Below are positions 39,718 through 52,480 of a stretch of 64,000 nucleotides of DNA, piece by piece. Every line of letters begins with the position of its first letter. Within the stretch, counting starts at the first letter, position 1. This DNA is from Octopus sinensis (lineage: Eukaryota), in contig NC_042998.1 in the NCBI RefSeq assembly GCF_006345805.1, positions 165,850,001 through 165,914,000 of the forward strand. The letters run 5' to 3'. The notes under the pieces were generated by a model. It was not told the origin of the DNA, made no database searches, and worked only from the letters and a program-made list of their open reading frames with translations. A program made the position numbers and the translations under genes.

Positions 39718-40104
39718 TCTTTATATATAAAAGAGAGGTTGTATGTCTGTCTCCTACGATTTAGATTCCTAACTACTCCCATATTTTGCGGTGCAGTGTA
39801 ACCATAAGCGGGTATCTTATAGTCGTGATTCATATCGAGCCCTTCTGGGTATTAGCGCGCATCTACGATGAGTCTACGATTTAAAAAAAAATTTACCATA
39901 ATTTTTTCCCATTTTTAATCCATTTTTTTGCTATTATATAAGGGAAGTAACTCTCGAAAAATGTATTATTAAATCTCAGAACGTAAAAAGCTACCCCCCT
40001 TTGTGGTTAGCCATATTGAGATGGCTATTATACTTTACATCTCTAAAAATGCTTATATAGTTATTTCCCTTACAAACCCGAGCAACGCCGGGCGATACTG
40101 CTAG
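39718..40104 (+). mobile_element. Complete non-autonomous Helitron (387 bp)
   Basis: 5' TC(TTTATATATAAAAG); 3' hairpin cccg-a-gc-aac-gc-cggg (40077-40092) 12 nt before the terminal CTAG; inserted between A and T in a (TA)n tract, no TSD. Confidence 0.92.
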
Positions 40105-40115
40105 TATATATATAT

Positions 40116-40125
<10 letters not shown>

Positions 40126-40148
<23 letters not shown>

Positions 40149-40575
40149 GTTTAACGTCTGCTTTCCATGCTAGCATGGGTTGGACGATTTGACTGAGGTC
40201 TGGCGAACCAGATGGCTGCACCAGGCCCCAATCTGATCTGGCAGAGTTTCTACAGCTGGTTGCCCTTCCTAACGCCAACCACTCCAAGTGTGTAGTGGGT
40301 GCTTTTACATGCCACCAGCACAAGGGCCAGTCAGGTGGTACTGGCAACGGCTACGCTCAAATGGTGTTTTTTACGTGCCACCTGCACAGGAGCCAGTCCA
40401 GTGACACTGGCAATGACCTCGCTCGAAAGTTTTTTTCATGTGGCACCAGCACAAGTGCCAGTAAGGCGACTCTGGTAATGATCACGCTCAAATGGTGCTT
40501 TTTACATGCCACCGGCATGGAAGCCAGTTAGCTGCTCTGGCAACGATCATGTGCGGATGGTGCTCTTAGCACTCC
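40126..40575 (-). mobile_element. RTE LINE 3' UTR with about 65-bp subrepeats
   Basis: (CAT)n tail, ccttcctaacgccaaccac block, about 4 tandem units ggtgcttttacgtgccaccggcac... Confidence 0.8.
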
Positions 40576-40628
40576 ACAAGCATGTTGCCATTCATCGAAT
40601 TTGATTTCAATTTCAATTTCAAGCATAT

Positions 40629-40662
<34 letters not shown>

Positions 40663-40997
40663 CATATCTTTTATTTTTTACTTGTTTCAATCATTAGACC
40701 GCAACCATACTGGAATACTACCTTGAATTTTTAGTCAAATGAATCGACCCAATACTTATTTTTTAAGCCAAACCACTAAGTTACAGGGATGCAAACACAC
40801 CAACACAAGTTGTCAAATGGCAGTGGGGGAAAACACAGACAGAAAGACACACACACACATAGACAGACATACATATATATATATACATACATGCATGCAT
40901 GCATGCATACATACATACATACATACATACATACATACATACATACATACATACATGCATGCATGCATGCATGCATGCATGCATGCATACATATATA

Positions 40998-41665
40998 CTG
41001 AACCACGAAAGAAACATCGCACTGTAAAAGATTATTTGTTACCCTCAATATTGAGATTATATGGTTTTATCATATTTTTAGGTAGTTTGACATCAGGAAG
41101 ATATCACTGACCTACAACACCACTCTCTTTTGAAAACACAGGGATTGCATGTAGGATTCAAACTTGCTCGTTTTTGGTGAACATGGTAACGCTCGCAAAT
41201 GCATCTTTATAAAAAGCATGATCCAGAGTCAAAACGTTGACACATTGGGTATAAAAGGTACCCAAATTTACCAGCCTGTCATTTGTTTCCCGAAAGCAGC
41301 AAGCATACCAAGACTGATACGAATTCAGAGGGAGCAAGCTATCAGACATCTCCATGCTGGCCAACGTCCGTTGGTCATTGCTAATTACTTGGACTGCAGT
41401 ATTCAGACAGGCTGAGAGAACAATACAATGCCACAACAGCATGGATGATCATCCATGCAGTGGCCAACCGAGGGTTACCAAAAGCACTTCCAGGACTGAT
41501 TCTGGAGGGCAACAGAATCAGCTAAGCAGACCATAGGGAGTCACCACAGACCTATTTGTGCAGAGACAATTTGCTACCAGCTGAGATCTCTCAATCTGTC
41601 TTGTTGACATGCGGCTAGGGGCCCCACACTCACCATCAATGCGGGTACATCTGAAGTGGGCTCAA
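40998..41665 (+). mobile_element. Tc1-like transposon 5' fragment
   Basis: Starts after TA; from 41305 (M)PRLIRIQREQAIRHLHAGQRPLVIANYLDCSIQT..RLREQYN..DDHPCSGQPRVT..GPTLT..LKWA (HTH region). Confidence 0.75.
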
Positions 41666-41674
41666 AAAAAAAAA

Positions 41675-41724
<50 letters not shown>

Positions 41725-42113
41725 CATATATATGATTATAATAAATGTTTATAACCTTTTATATCATCATCATTATCATCATCACTATCATTTTCATCAT
41801 TGTGTTTATCATCATTTTAACGTCTACTTTTCCATGTCAGCATCAGTCAAACAGCATTTGTTAAAGCAGATTTTCTGCAGTTGGATGCCCTCTCCTGTTA
41901 CAAGTAAAATAATATTTCCCCATGACATGTTCTCACAGAATATTATATATGATAGTGATAAACATCATGCAACGTCATGACAAGGCACATCCACACCTCC
42001 ACCGATTTAATATTAAGTCAATTTTAGACATGTGTACAGTAATTTCATCAGATGCTAGACACACTCAATGTGAAAATTAATCAACCAAGAATTCAAGGCT
42101 TTATTATCTAATC

Positions 42114-42347
42114 CAGAGGTTCTCAACCAGGGTCCATATAAGAATTTGTTGTTAAAATTTATGTGCAATAAATTGATTATACTTGTACAATACACAAAAT
42201 ATTTTAACTTTGTATACAGTTTCTAATTATATTCGGTTATAAAAATATAAGAGGATTTTTTTTTTAAACATCAAATAGCTATGGGGTCCACCTGAGTAAA
42301 ATAGGAATCAAAGCAGTTCACAGACATAAAATGGTTGAGAACCACTG
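42114..42347. mobile_element. hAT (Charlie-like) MITE
   Basis: TIR cagaggttctcaacc / ggttgagaaccactg; flanks atctaatc / gtctaaaa resemble the NTCTAGAN target. Confidence 0.75.
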
Positions 42348-43519
42348 GTCTAAAATTATCTTGTTTGTTTTTTTAGAGGTTGGGGGTTCATAATATTTTA
42401 CAAGTCCACATGTTTTTTTTCTTCTTTTAATTGTTTTAGTCATTTGACTGCAGCCATGCTGGAGCACCACCTTTAGTCGAACAAATCGACCCCAGGAATT
42501 ATTCTTTGTAAGCCTAGTTCTTATTTTATAGGCCTCTTTTGCCAAGCCGCTAAGTTACGGGGACGTAAACACACTAACATCGATTGTCAAGCAGTGGTGG
42601 CGGAGACAAACACAGACACACACACACACATACACAACGGGCTTCTTTCAGGTTCCGTCTACCAAATTTACTCACAAGGCTTTGGTCGGCTCGAGGCTAA
42701 AGTAGAAGACACTTTCCCAAGGTGCCACGCAGTTGGGCTGAAAAATAACAACCAAATCTCTGTTAAACGGTAGTCTGTCATCTTTAAAAAACGACACTTA
42801 TGCAAGCAAGGGAAAATGAGTATCAAACAGTAAAGAAAGTTCAAAGCTTTGTGATAAAAAATATATATATAAAGGGAACTAACTCCGTTTGACTATTGAG
42901 TTCAGCTAATTGTTCGAATTAAAACGGTAAAATTTGTCAATAAGTCTAAACTTCGGATAAATTTTTCATTTTCTGTGTTGTATTTTAGACTTCGCTTTTT
43001 TATCCTCATTTGTGGGGATGCCAAAATAAGTAAAAATAACTAAAATTTAAGATTTTCGGAGAGTAATTTGATTACTTTACATCAGTGTTCAACTGGTACA
43101 TATTTTATCGATCTAGAAAGGATAAAAAGCAAAGTCGACCATGGTAGAATTTGAACTCAGATCATGCTGACGAACGAAATGCCGTAGAGCATTTTGCCCG
43201 GCGTGTTAATGCCTCTGCCAGCTCACCACCTTAATAATAATAATGATCCTTTCTACTGTAGGCTCAAAGCCTGAGATTTCGGGGAGGAGCTAAGTCAATT
43301 ACATCGCCCCCAGTACTTAATTGGTGTTTATTTTATCAACCCTGAAAAGATGAAAGGCAAAGTCGACTTCAGTGGGATTTGAACTCAGAACATAAAGACA
43401 GATGAAATGTCACTAAGCATTTTACCCAGCATACTAACAATTCTGCCAGCTCACCGCCTTCATAATAATAATAATAATATAATAATAATAATAATAATAA
43501 TAATATAATAATAATAATA

Positions 43520-44000
43520 ATCGTCGTCGTCATTTAACGTTCGCTTTCCATGTTGGCATGGGTTGGACGGTTTGACAAGTCTGGCGAGCCAGAAGGCTGC
43601 ACCAGCTCCAGTCTGATCTGGCAAAGTTTCTACAGATGGATACCCTTCCTAACGCCAACCACTCCGACAGTGTAGTGTGTGTTTTTACATGCCACCAGCA
43701 CGAGGGCCAGTCAGGCTGTTCTGGCAACGACCATGCTCATAAGGTGTTTTTTACGTGCTAAGTGCATGGCAATGACCACAGCACTGGCAATGACCACACT
43801 CGAATGTTGTTTTTCACATGCCACTGGCACATGTGCCAGTAGGGCGATGCTGGCAACAATCATGCTCGAATGGTGCTTTTTACGTGCCACTGGCACAGGA
43901 GCCAATCAGCGGCCCTGACAACAATCACGCTCAGATGGTACTTTTAACGTTCCACTGGCACGAGTGCCAATCAGGTGGTACTGTCATCAGCCATGTCAGC
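43520..44000 (-). mobile_element. RTE LINE 3' UTR with about 5 subrepeats
   Basis: As for 40126-40575. Confidence 0.8.
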
Positions 44001-44594
44001 TAGTGTTTTACTTCTCCCTAACTTAGCAGTTCAGTAAAAGAGGCTGATAGAATAAGTATCAAGTTTATACAAATTAAGTACTTGTGTTGATACATTTGAG
44101 TAAAAATTCTTTAAGGCGGTGCCCCAGCATGGCCACAGTCTAATGACTAAAAAAAGGTAAAAGATAAAGACTTATGTTAAAAGATAAGAGAAGTTGGGGT
44201 TGTTGGAGATGTGGTGACAGTGAGAGTGGTGGTGGTGGTGGTGGTGGCAGCAGCGGTGGCAGTGATGGTAGTTGCAGTAGTGGCAGTGGTGGTCATGGTG
44301 GTGGTTGCTGTTGCTACTGGGACTGGTAGTGGCAGTGGTAGTGGTAAGTATTGCGTTGTGCTGAGTTTAGTTCAGACAGATTTTGAGAAATACATCAGAT
44401 AGCAGCTGATGAAGGTAAACAGCAGAAATGGTTATAATATATAACATATATTAATTTATAAGGGGAGTGAATACTAAAATGAAATATTCAGAGTTTTGTG
44501 GCATTTCATGTAAACTTAGAGATTGTTAATGGAGATGGATTACATATGTCAACAGAAAAATTATCTGTTTTTTTTTAATAATTTAAATAATGTG

Positions 44595-44990
44595 TCTGTG
44601 TGGTAAGTAGCTTGCTTACAAACCACATGGTTCTAGGTTCAGTCCCACTGCATAGCACCTTGGGCAAGTGTCTTCTACTATAGCCTCAGGCCGACCAAAG
44701 CCTTGAGAGTGGATTTGGTAGACGGAAACTGAAAGAAGCCTGTCATATATATATGTATGTGTGTGAGTATATGTTTGTGTGTCTGTGTTTGTCCCCCCAA
44801 CATGGCTTGACAACCGATGCTGGCGTGTTTACATCCCTGTAACTTAGCAGTTCAGCAAAACAGACAGATAGAATAAGTACTAGGCTTACAAAGAATAATA
44901 AGTCCTGGGGTTGATTTGCTCAACTAAAGGTGGTGCTCCAGCATGGCCACAGTCAAATGACTGAAACAAGTAAAAGCGTAAAAGAGTAAC
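44595..44990 (+). mobile_element. CORE-type SINE family A
   Basis: Head to tail collinear with 37070-37522. Confidence 0.88.
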
Positions 44991-46274
44991 GCCAAATAAG
45001 TAAAGAGATTAATCTGTCTTGAACAAAAGACTATTCTTTTAGGAATATCTCATTCCTATACAGTAACAAGAGATAACTGCTAAGTGAACTGAGAAGAAAC
45101 AGAATGAACTGAAATCTTCTAAGCTAGAATTTGTAGAAATCATTGTTAATATCATTATTGTTTTGTTTTTTTCCTTCTTCTAAAGGTGTCAGAATCATTA
45201 GCACACAGTCAGAGCTGACAGAATCGTCAGCACACTGGGAAAAATGCTTGGCATCATTTCATCCATCTTTATGTTCTGAGTTCAAATTCTGCCAAGGTCA
45301 ACTTTGCCTTTCATCCTTTCAAGGTCAATAAAATAAGTACCAGTTAAGCACTGGAGTTGATGTAATCGGCTTATCCCCTCCCCCAAAATTGTTGGCCTTG
45401 TGCCAAAATTTGAAAATATAATTATTATTGAGGCAGTGAGCTGGCAGAATTGTTAGCATGCCAGGTAAAATGCTTAGCAACATTTCGTCTGACTTTAAGT
45501 TCAAATTCTGTCAAGGTCGACTTTGCCTTTATTCCTTTCAGGGTCAATAAAATAAGTAACCGTTGAACACTGGAATCAATGTGATTGACTTAATCCCTCC
45601 CCAGAAATTGCAGGCCTTGTGATAAAATTTGGCAAAATTTCATCTGTCTTTATGTTCTGAGTTCAAATTTTTCCAAGATTAATTTTGATTTTCATCATTT
45701 CAGGGTCAATAAAATAATAAGCACCATCTGAACACTGGGGTCAATTTAATTGACTTATCCCCTTCCCACAAAACTGTTGACCTTGTGCCAAAATTTTAAA
45801 CTAATATAATATCATTACTATTTTAACATCCACTTCCCTGTGCTTGCATGAGTCAGATGGAATTTACTGTGACAGATTCACTTCCTGCCACCAACTCTCA
45901 CTTTTTTCAAAGCAAGTTAATATTAATCCATAACAAAGGCAGCAAGCTGGCAGAATCATTAGCACCCTGAACAAAATTGCTCAGCAACATTTTTCTGGTC
46001 TTCACATTCTGAGTTCAAATTCCATTGAGGTCAAGTTTGCCTTTTATCCTTTCTTGGTTGATGTAATCAACTTTCCTCTTCCCACGAAATTGCTGACCTT
46101 GTGCCAAAATTTGAAACCAATATTAACCTTTCATGGGCCAACGTTTACATATTTTATTTAAATGATTTTATATCTCATTACTTTTATTGTCAATAGTTTA
46201 AGTCAGTGAGCTGGCAGAAATGTCAGCGCCCCAGGTGAAATGCTTAACTGTATTTCGTCTGTCTTTACGTTTTA

Positions 46275-46675
46275 TAGGCGTAGGAGTGGCTGTGCGGTAA
46301 GTAGATTGCTTACAAACTACATGGTTCTGGGTTCAGTCCCATTGCATAATATCTTGGGCAAATGTCTTCTACTATAGCCTCAGGCAGACCAAAGCCTTGT
46401 GAGTGGATTTGGTAGATGAAAACTGAAAGAAGCCCGTCGTATATATGTATATATATATATATGTATGTGTGTTTAATTGTGTGTCTATGTTTGTCCCCCT
46501 AGCATTGCTTGACAACCGATAGGTGTGTTTATGTCCCCATCACTTAGCGGTTTGGCAAAACAGACCAACAGAATAAGTACTAGGTTTACAAAGAATATGT
46601 CCCAGGGGCGATTTGCTTGACTAAAGGCAGTGCTCCAGCATGGCTGCAGTCAAATGACTGAAACAAGTAAAAGAT
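46275..46675 (+). mobile_element. CORE-type SINE family A inserted directly behind a Meta-type SINE head
   Basis: Meta-SINE head 46203-46272 abuts tataggcgtaggagtggctg. Confidence 0.85.
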
Positions 46676-47401
46676 TATGTACATACAAATTTTGAGTTAA
46701 GAATTTCCAGTCATATGGATGTTATAGCATAAAATATGGTCACTGGGGTCCAACTGGTTCCCATTGGCCTTCTGAGAAATTATTTTCTTCTGTTCTTTTC
46801 TCAGATATTCTGAACTATAAGTCAATTTTCTTCATAATTGTACTGGTATGAATTGATATACTAAATAATTTTGCTTCATTTTATATATAGTACTATATAT
46901 ATAGTTTATAAAACTATAAAAAAAAAATGTTGACTTCAGTCACTAAAGAGTTTTTTCAGTCAATAAATTATATTTTAATTCCCCTCCATTAAATGCTAAT
47001 AATTATAAATATATGCCTATAAGATGCTAAATTTCTTGTTCTGTATCAAGCACACACACATTTATACAAGATTAAATAATTATTACTTTATGGTTAGTGC
47101 AGAAATACATAAAAATATAAGGGGGTCCCCTGGGACCCTAGTGGATTTTGTGTAATCTGGCCCACGTAGGGTTAATCCATAACCAACCATATTTTCACAT
47201 GAAATCGTAATAATAAGTTTGACACTCACATGGATCCTCATTTTATAAAGGAAGGGAAATTTGTGATATTCATGCCCTTTCTTGACATAAGTGAATTGGT
47301 TTGCAAAACGAAATCAGAAATGAACTATTTCTACAAAATATGCTATGATAGGGATACAAAGGGTTAGAAGTGTCTGACTGTCTGCTAGGTATTGTTTAAA
47401 C

Positions 47402-47700
47402 CAGTAGTTCTCAACTGGAGTCCATATGGCCCTTGCAGGGTCCATAAAGGATGTGGTTGTTAAAATTTATGTGCAATAAATTGCTTATGCTTCTACAACA
47501 CACAAAATATTTTAGCAATTTTTTAAACACAATTCCTGATAGTAATCTTATACATAAATGGCAATTTCTGTCTGTCACTCTGTCTGTTACCATCTTGCTG
47601 TGTACACCAGTGAACCAATCTTGATGAAATTTTGCATACATGTTAAACTAACACCCAGTTCAATTATAAGGCTAATTGGATTTCGATAAAAATCTATAAG
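47402..47700 (+). mobile_element. hAT MITE half (47402-47545) interrupted by a Helitron 5' fragment (47546-47700)
   Basis: cagtagttctcaact TIR and body shared with 42114; followed by A|TCTTATACATAAA...ctgtctgtc. Confidence 0.6.
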
Positions 47701-47914
47701 TGGAGTTGGGTTATTATTTGATAAAATGAGAAGGGTGCAAAGAGTGTTAGTGTGAGGAACATTTCCTCAAAAATTTTGCTTCAGGGAACCCTTGAAATAA
47801 ATTCTATGTCTCAGGGTCCCTCTACTTCCTCATCCTCCTCATCCTACCCCTTCTCATCCTACTCCTACTCATCCTCCTCATCATCATCCTCTTCTTCCTC
47901 TTGATCACCATCAT

Positions 47915-48305
47915 CATTCAATGTCTATTTTTCCATGCTTGTGTGGGTTGGAGAGAGTTTCATTTGAGGCAGATTTTTTTTCTACAGCCAGATGTCCTTT
48001 CTGCTACCAATCTTCACCTGTTTCCAAGCAAGAAATTTCCCCATAGCCAAAATATAGGAAAGAAAAACATGTAAGACACCTCCCATTAATAATACTTGTG
48101 TGTGTATGTATGTGTGTGTGTGCACAAATACACAAACACACACACACACACATATGACAGACTTATTTTCAGTTGTCAATGAAATCCATTCACAAGGCTT
48201 TGATCAGCATGAGACTAGTAGAAGATCCTTCCCGACATGCAGTGGAATTAAATTCAGAACCATGTGGGTGGGATGCAAATTTCCTGCTACACAACTGTGC
48301 CTGTA
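47915..48305 (-). mobile_element. CORE-type SINE with RTE-like tail (family A2)
   Basis: CORE head near 48300, (TG)n, then ggaaacaggtgaagattggtagcagaaaggacatctggctgtag...agcatggaaaaatagacattgaatgatg. Confidence 0.7.
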
Positions 48306-49479
48306 CCTTTATAAAAACTATAATATACTTATATGCAAGCTGGCAGAATCATTAGCACGCCGGGCAAAATGCTTAGCGGTATTTCGTCTGCCATTATGTT
48401 CTGAGCTCAAGCTCTGCCAAAGTCAACTTTGCCTTTCATCCTTTCAGGGTCGATTAAATAATTACCAGTTACGCACTGGATCAGTGTAATTGACTAAAAC
48501 CCTTTGTTTGTCCCCTCTATGTTTAGCTCCCTGTGGACAATAAAGAAATAAATATACTCTTACTAATATTTTTCTTTCTCTTTTGCCAAATTAAATTTCA
48601 TAAGGCAAACATACACTAATGCCTTGATATACAAGTTAATTTGTTCCTGGAGACTGCTCATAAAGCAGAGCAATAATTTCCCATAGTAGCAATATTATAA
48701 ATCATAATTCATTCCCAGAAAAATATTTTACTTATAACATTTATAATACTCGTCAATAAATAGCAATAAAACAACAGTAGAATGTAAAGAATATTTTATG
48801 TAAAGTAAAAAGAATGTCAAAATCGTTTATAATAAAAAATATTATTATTATTATCATTTTCTGAATCAAAATTTGGTTTTTGTTCTTGAAAAATAAAACT
48901 CGTAAACTTGGGGTCTCGTAAAGTGGATCCTCCTAAAGTGAGGTATTACTGTATTATATTCTCCGGATTACTAGTTTAAGTAAACAATGGCTTAAGTTTA
49001 TCTGAAGTTTATTGGCAATACATAAATAACAGGAATCAAGCTGTTTGCTCTGCTGACCTAGTAAAGAGATTCTCATTCACACAAGGGGAAAAAAAACAAT
49101 ATCTGTATTCACAAAAAAAAGTAAACACAAATAACCAGCATCTTATCGTAACATATATAGACAGAACAAAAAACAGATAACTACTCCCAATAACTTGATT
49201 CTTTATTGACAATATATAGATATGTAAGTCAGCCCGAGCATATGTATTATGTCAAAACATATATATATAGATTAGATCATATATGTATGCACGTATATAT
49301 GCATGTATGTGTATATATATGTTTGTGTATATAGACATATATATGAGTGTATTTGTATGTATATATATATTTACATGTGTATATGCAATTGTATGCATAT
49401 TTGTATATGCATATCTGTGCAAATGTATCTACATGTGCATGCATATATATATAAGGTTATGAATATATATGTGTGTGCA

Positions 49480-49546
<67 letters not shown>

Positions 49547-50292
49547 TGTCTTTTACTCGTTTCAGTCATTAGACTGCAGCCATGCAAGGGTACCACCTTC
49601 AAGAAATTTAGTCAAATGAAACAACCCCAGTACTTTTTGTTTTTAAACCTAACACTTATTTTATCAGACACTTATGTCAAACTGCTAGGCTACATGGATG
49701 TGGGTTTCTGTCCCACTGTATTGCACCTTGGGCAAGTGTCTTCTACTATAACCTCGGGCAGACCAAAGCCTTGTGAATGGATTCGGTAGATGGAAACTGA
49801 AAGAAGCCTGTCATATATATGTATGTGTGTGTATGTATTTCTTTGTGTATGTGATGTCCCCACCATTCAACAGCTGGTGTTGGTTTGTTTACATTCCCAT
49901 AACTTGGCGGTTTAGCAAAAGAGACTAATAGAATAAGTACCAGGCTTTTAAAAAGTAAGTACTGAGATCAATACATTCAATTAAAAATTCTTCAACATGG
50001 TGCCCCAGCATGGCTGCAGTCTAAGGACTGAAACAAGTGAAAATATAAAACACTGAACAACAGCTGTGAAGCAGTCTAATGACCAAACAAGTAAAAGATA
50101 AAAGATTTATAAGATACTAGCTTAAAACCTGCACTCCAAGAGGACTTTTAAGCTAGCACCTGCAGAGGTCTAATTGGGCCTGTAGCCCAAAACTAGAGGT
50201 AGATAACATGACAAAATATATCTATAATGACTATTTGCCCCAGTGGTGTTTGATCTGTAATGCAATCATTCTATTGTTTCAGTCCCAAATTG

Positions 50293-50656
50293 AATTCCAT
50301 CTGTTAGCCAATTTGTCCCAAAGTTCTTATCTCAACATAAAATTAATGAGGCAAATGTCATTTATCTCCCCCTTGATCTCTGGCATCATCTGACAAATGC
50401 CAACCAAATGCATGAATCAGTCAAGTGTTACCTGCAAGAAATAGCAAACCAAATGCTTTTAAATCAGATCCCAATTCCATCTGTTGGCCAATTTGTCCCA
50501 AAGTTCTCATCTCAACATAAAATTAATGAAGCAAATGTCATTTATCTCCCCTTTGATCTCTGACATCATTTGACAAACGCCAACCAAGATGGCATGAATC
50601 AGTCAAGCTTTACCTGCAAGAAATAGCAACCCAAATGCTTATAAATCAGATCCCAA
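50293..50656 (+). repeat. Tandem duplication of a 180-bp unit inside a HINE-like element (about 50200-50800)
   Basis: Units start aattccatctgtt at 50293 and 50473, about 90% identical by eye; downstream end cagactgacagacagaatttcacttttattactatag is DINE/HINE-like. Confidence 0.85.
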
Positions 50657-51269
50657 TGCTGCATGTTCAAGAACCAGATGAAGGGCAGATTTTCAATCCT
50701 GGGATCATCCTGATTCCCAAAAAGTATAATATGTTTATGTAGACTGAGATACAGGGTCCCAGACTGACAGACAGAATTTCACTTTTATTACTATAGAACA
50801 CAAATGGATTTTTAAGGTACACAGCGGTTGTTTCAGCAGCTTTTTTTGTTGATGAATAGGTCAATTACATCATAAAAATAACCTGCTTTCATTAGATGAG
50901 TTTAAACTCAGGTAAGAGAAGATTCTGAGTGACCCACTTTGTTATGCATCACCCAAGCGAGTGAGAGATATGAAGAACAGTTGAAATTCAATGGACTCCA
51001 ATGCATCCACATGGAACAGAGGTCAGAGATAATAAAGTTTCAAAGAACTCTATGACAACCTATACTATGGAGATAACAAAAGACTAGAAGAAGACAGAGA
51101 AAAAAAAAGAGAAAATGTAGATGAAGGATTAAGGTGAAATGAAGGATTATTTAAGCACTTCAGTGGTGATTACTGATGGTGGCAGGGGTTTGTCTTCATA
51201 TCCTCAACTGCTTTATCTATCAAGCTACTGTTGATTTGGATAGTTGGACTCTCTCTTGAGTTCACATAG

Positions 51270-52480
51270 GCAGATTCTCATTCTCTCATGCATTCTCTAT
51301 ATTTAATAGCCTTTCATAGTGGCACTTCCAAGTCTCTTTCTTTGCAAAATCACTAACTACAAGTGAACCATCATCCATGCATATACACTTCTCTCCTACA
51401 TCACAATTTCCTCTCACACACTGTCTTACAATTCGAAAAACCTCAAGTCTCTGGTCCTCCCACTGTAGAACATTGGTAAACTTCTTCCTTCTTGCTTCTT
51501 CCCTAGCTAAATATACCTGTCTCTTAGCTTCCTTTTTAGCTACCTTATATAATTCTATGCTTCACCTCTTCCAGTCCTTCTTCTTTGTTCTAATAGCCTG
51601 GTCAACTACACTTTTCCACCACCATGTCACCTTAGATCTGGATGAATCTTTTCACCAGCCACAAATTTGGTCAGTGGCTCTCATTAGGCTGTTCCATAGG
51701 AACTTCTAGTGGTCCTCTATGTTCTATGTCACTATTTCCTCCTCCACATCAAATGTTTCGATTAGAATGTCTCTAAATCTCTGACTATTCAGAGAATCCT
51801 TAAGCTTCCAAATATTCCTTTACTAGTTTGGTTTGCTTCTTGATATCCTTCTAGTCTAAAGTCTGAAGTCACTAATGGCTAATCTATATTGAGGTGTACA
51901 CTCTTCACCTGGGAAGGTCTTTGCATTTGTAGGCAACCATCTTTCCTGCTTTCTGGTGTGAACGTAGTCAATCTGGCTTGTGTAGTCACTAGATTGATAA
52001 ATGAGCAGGTAACTGATTGGTTTCCTGAAGTTAGTGTTGCAGATCATAAGGTCATTTGCATCACAGAACTCCAATAGTCTAATTCCCTCCTCATTGCAGG
52101 AACCAATTCTATATCCTCCACGCACACTGTGGAACCCACCCAGATGCTGCCAAACATGGCCATTAAAGTCACTAAACATGAAGAGAAGGTCACTGTCATT
52201 TGTCAACAAAGTAGTCTGTAAAAGGGTTTCATAAAATCGATCTTTCTGGTCATCTGGCAGCCCCAGTTGAAGAATGTCAGCAGAAATAATAGTTGCCATT
52301 CTATTTTGCGAAACTAGTCTCAGCATAAGTATCCTATCACACAATCTGACTACCTCAATCACCTTATCAACCCATTTCTCAGTAAGAAGTATTTCCACAT
52401 CACCAATGCATCACTATTGCTCACCCAGAAGACTTTATACCTGTATTCTTTGCTAGTGAGGAACCTGACCAAAATTCCCC
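51270..52480 (-). pseudogene. RTE-clade LINE fragment: APE endonuclease and linker
   Basis: ORF 51856-52398: DRILMLRL, DFNGHV, NEEGIRLLEFCDANDLMICNTNFRK, SQIDY, TFPGEECTPQYRLAISDF. Same family as 16620-17600. Confidence 0.92.

Noticed and set aside
43670-43990. CRISPR-like repeat-spacer array
   Set aside because: Whole units are homologous to each other with no unique spacers, they lie in an RTE 3' UTR, there are no cas genes, and the context is eukaryotic.
51856-52398. Host gene of the craniofacial development protein 2 (CFDP2/BCNT)-like type
   Set aside because: It is the APE endonuclease of a degenerate RTE LINE; a second copy lies at 16620-17600.
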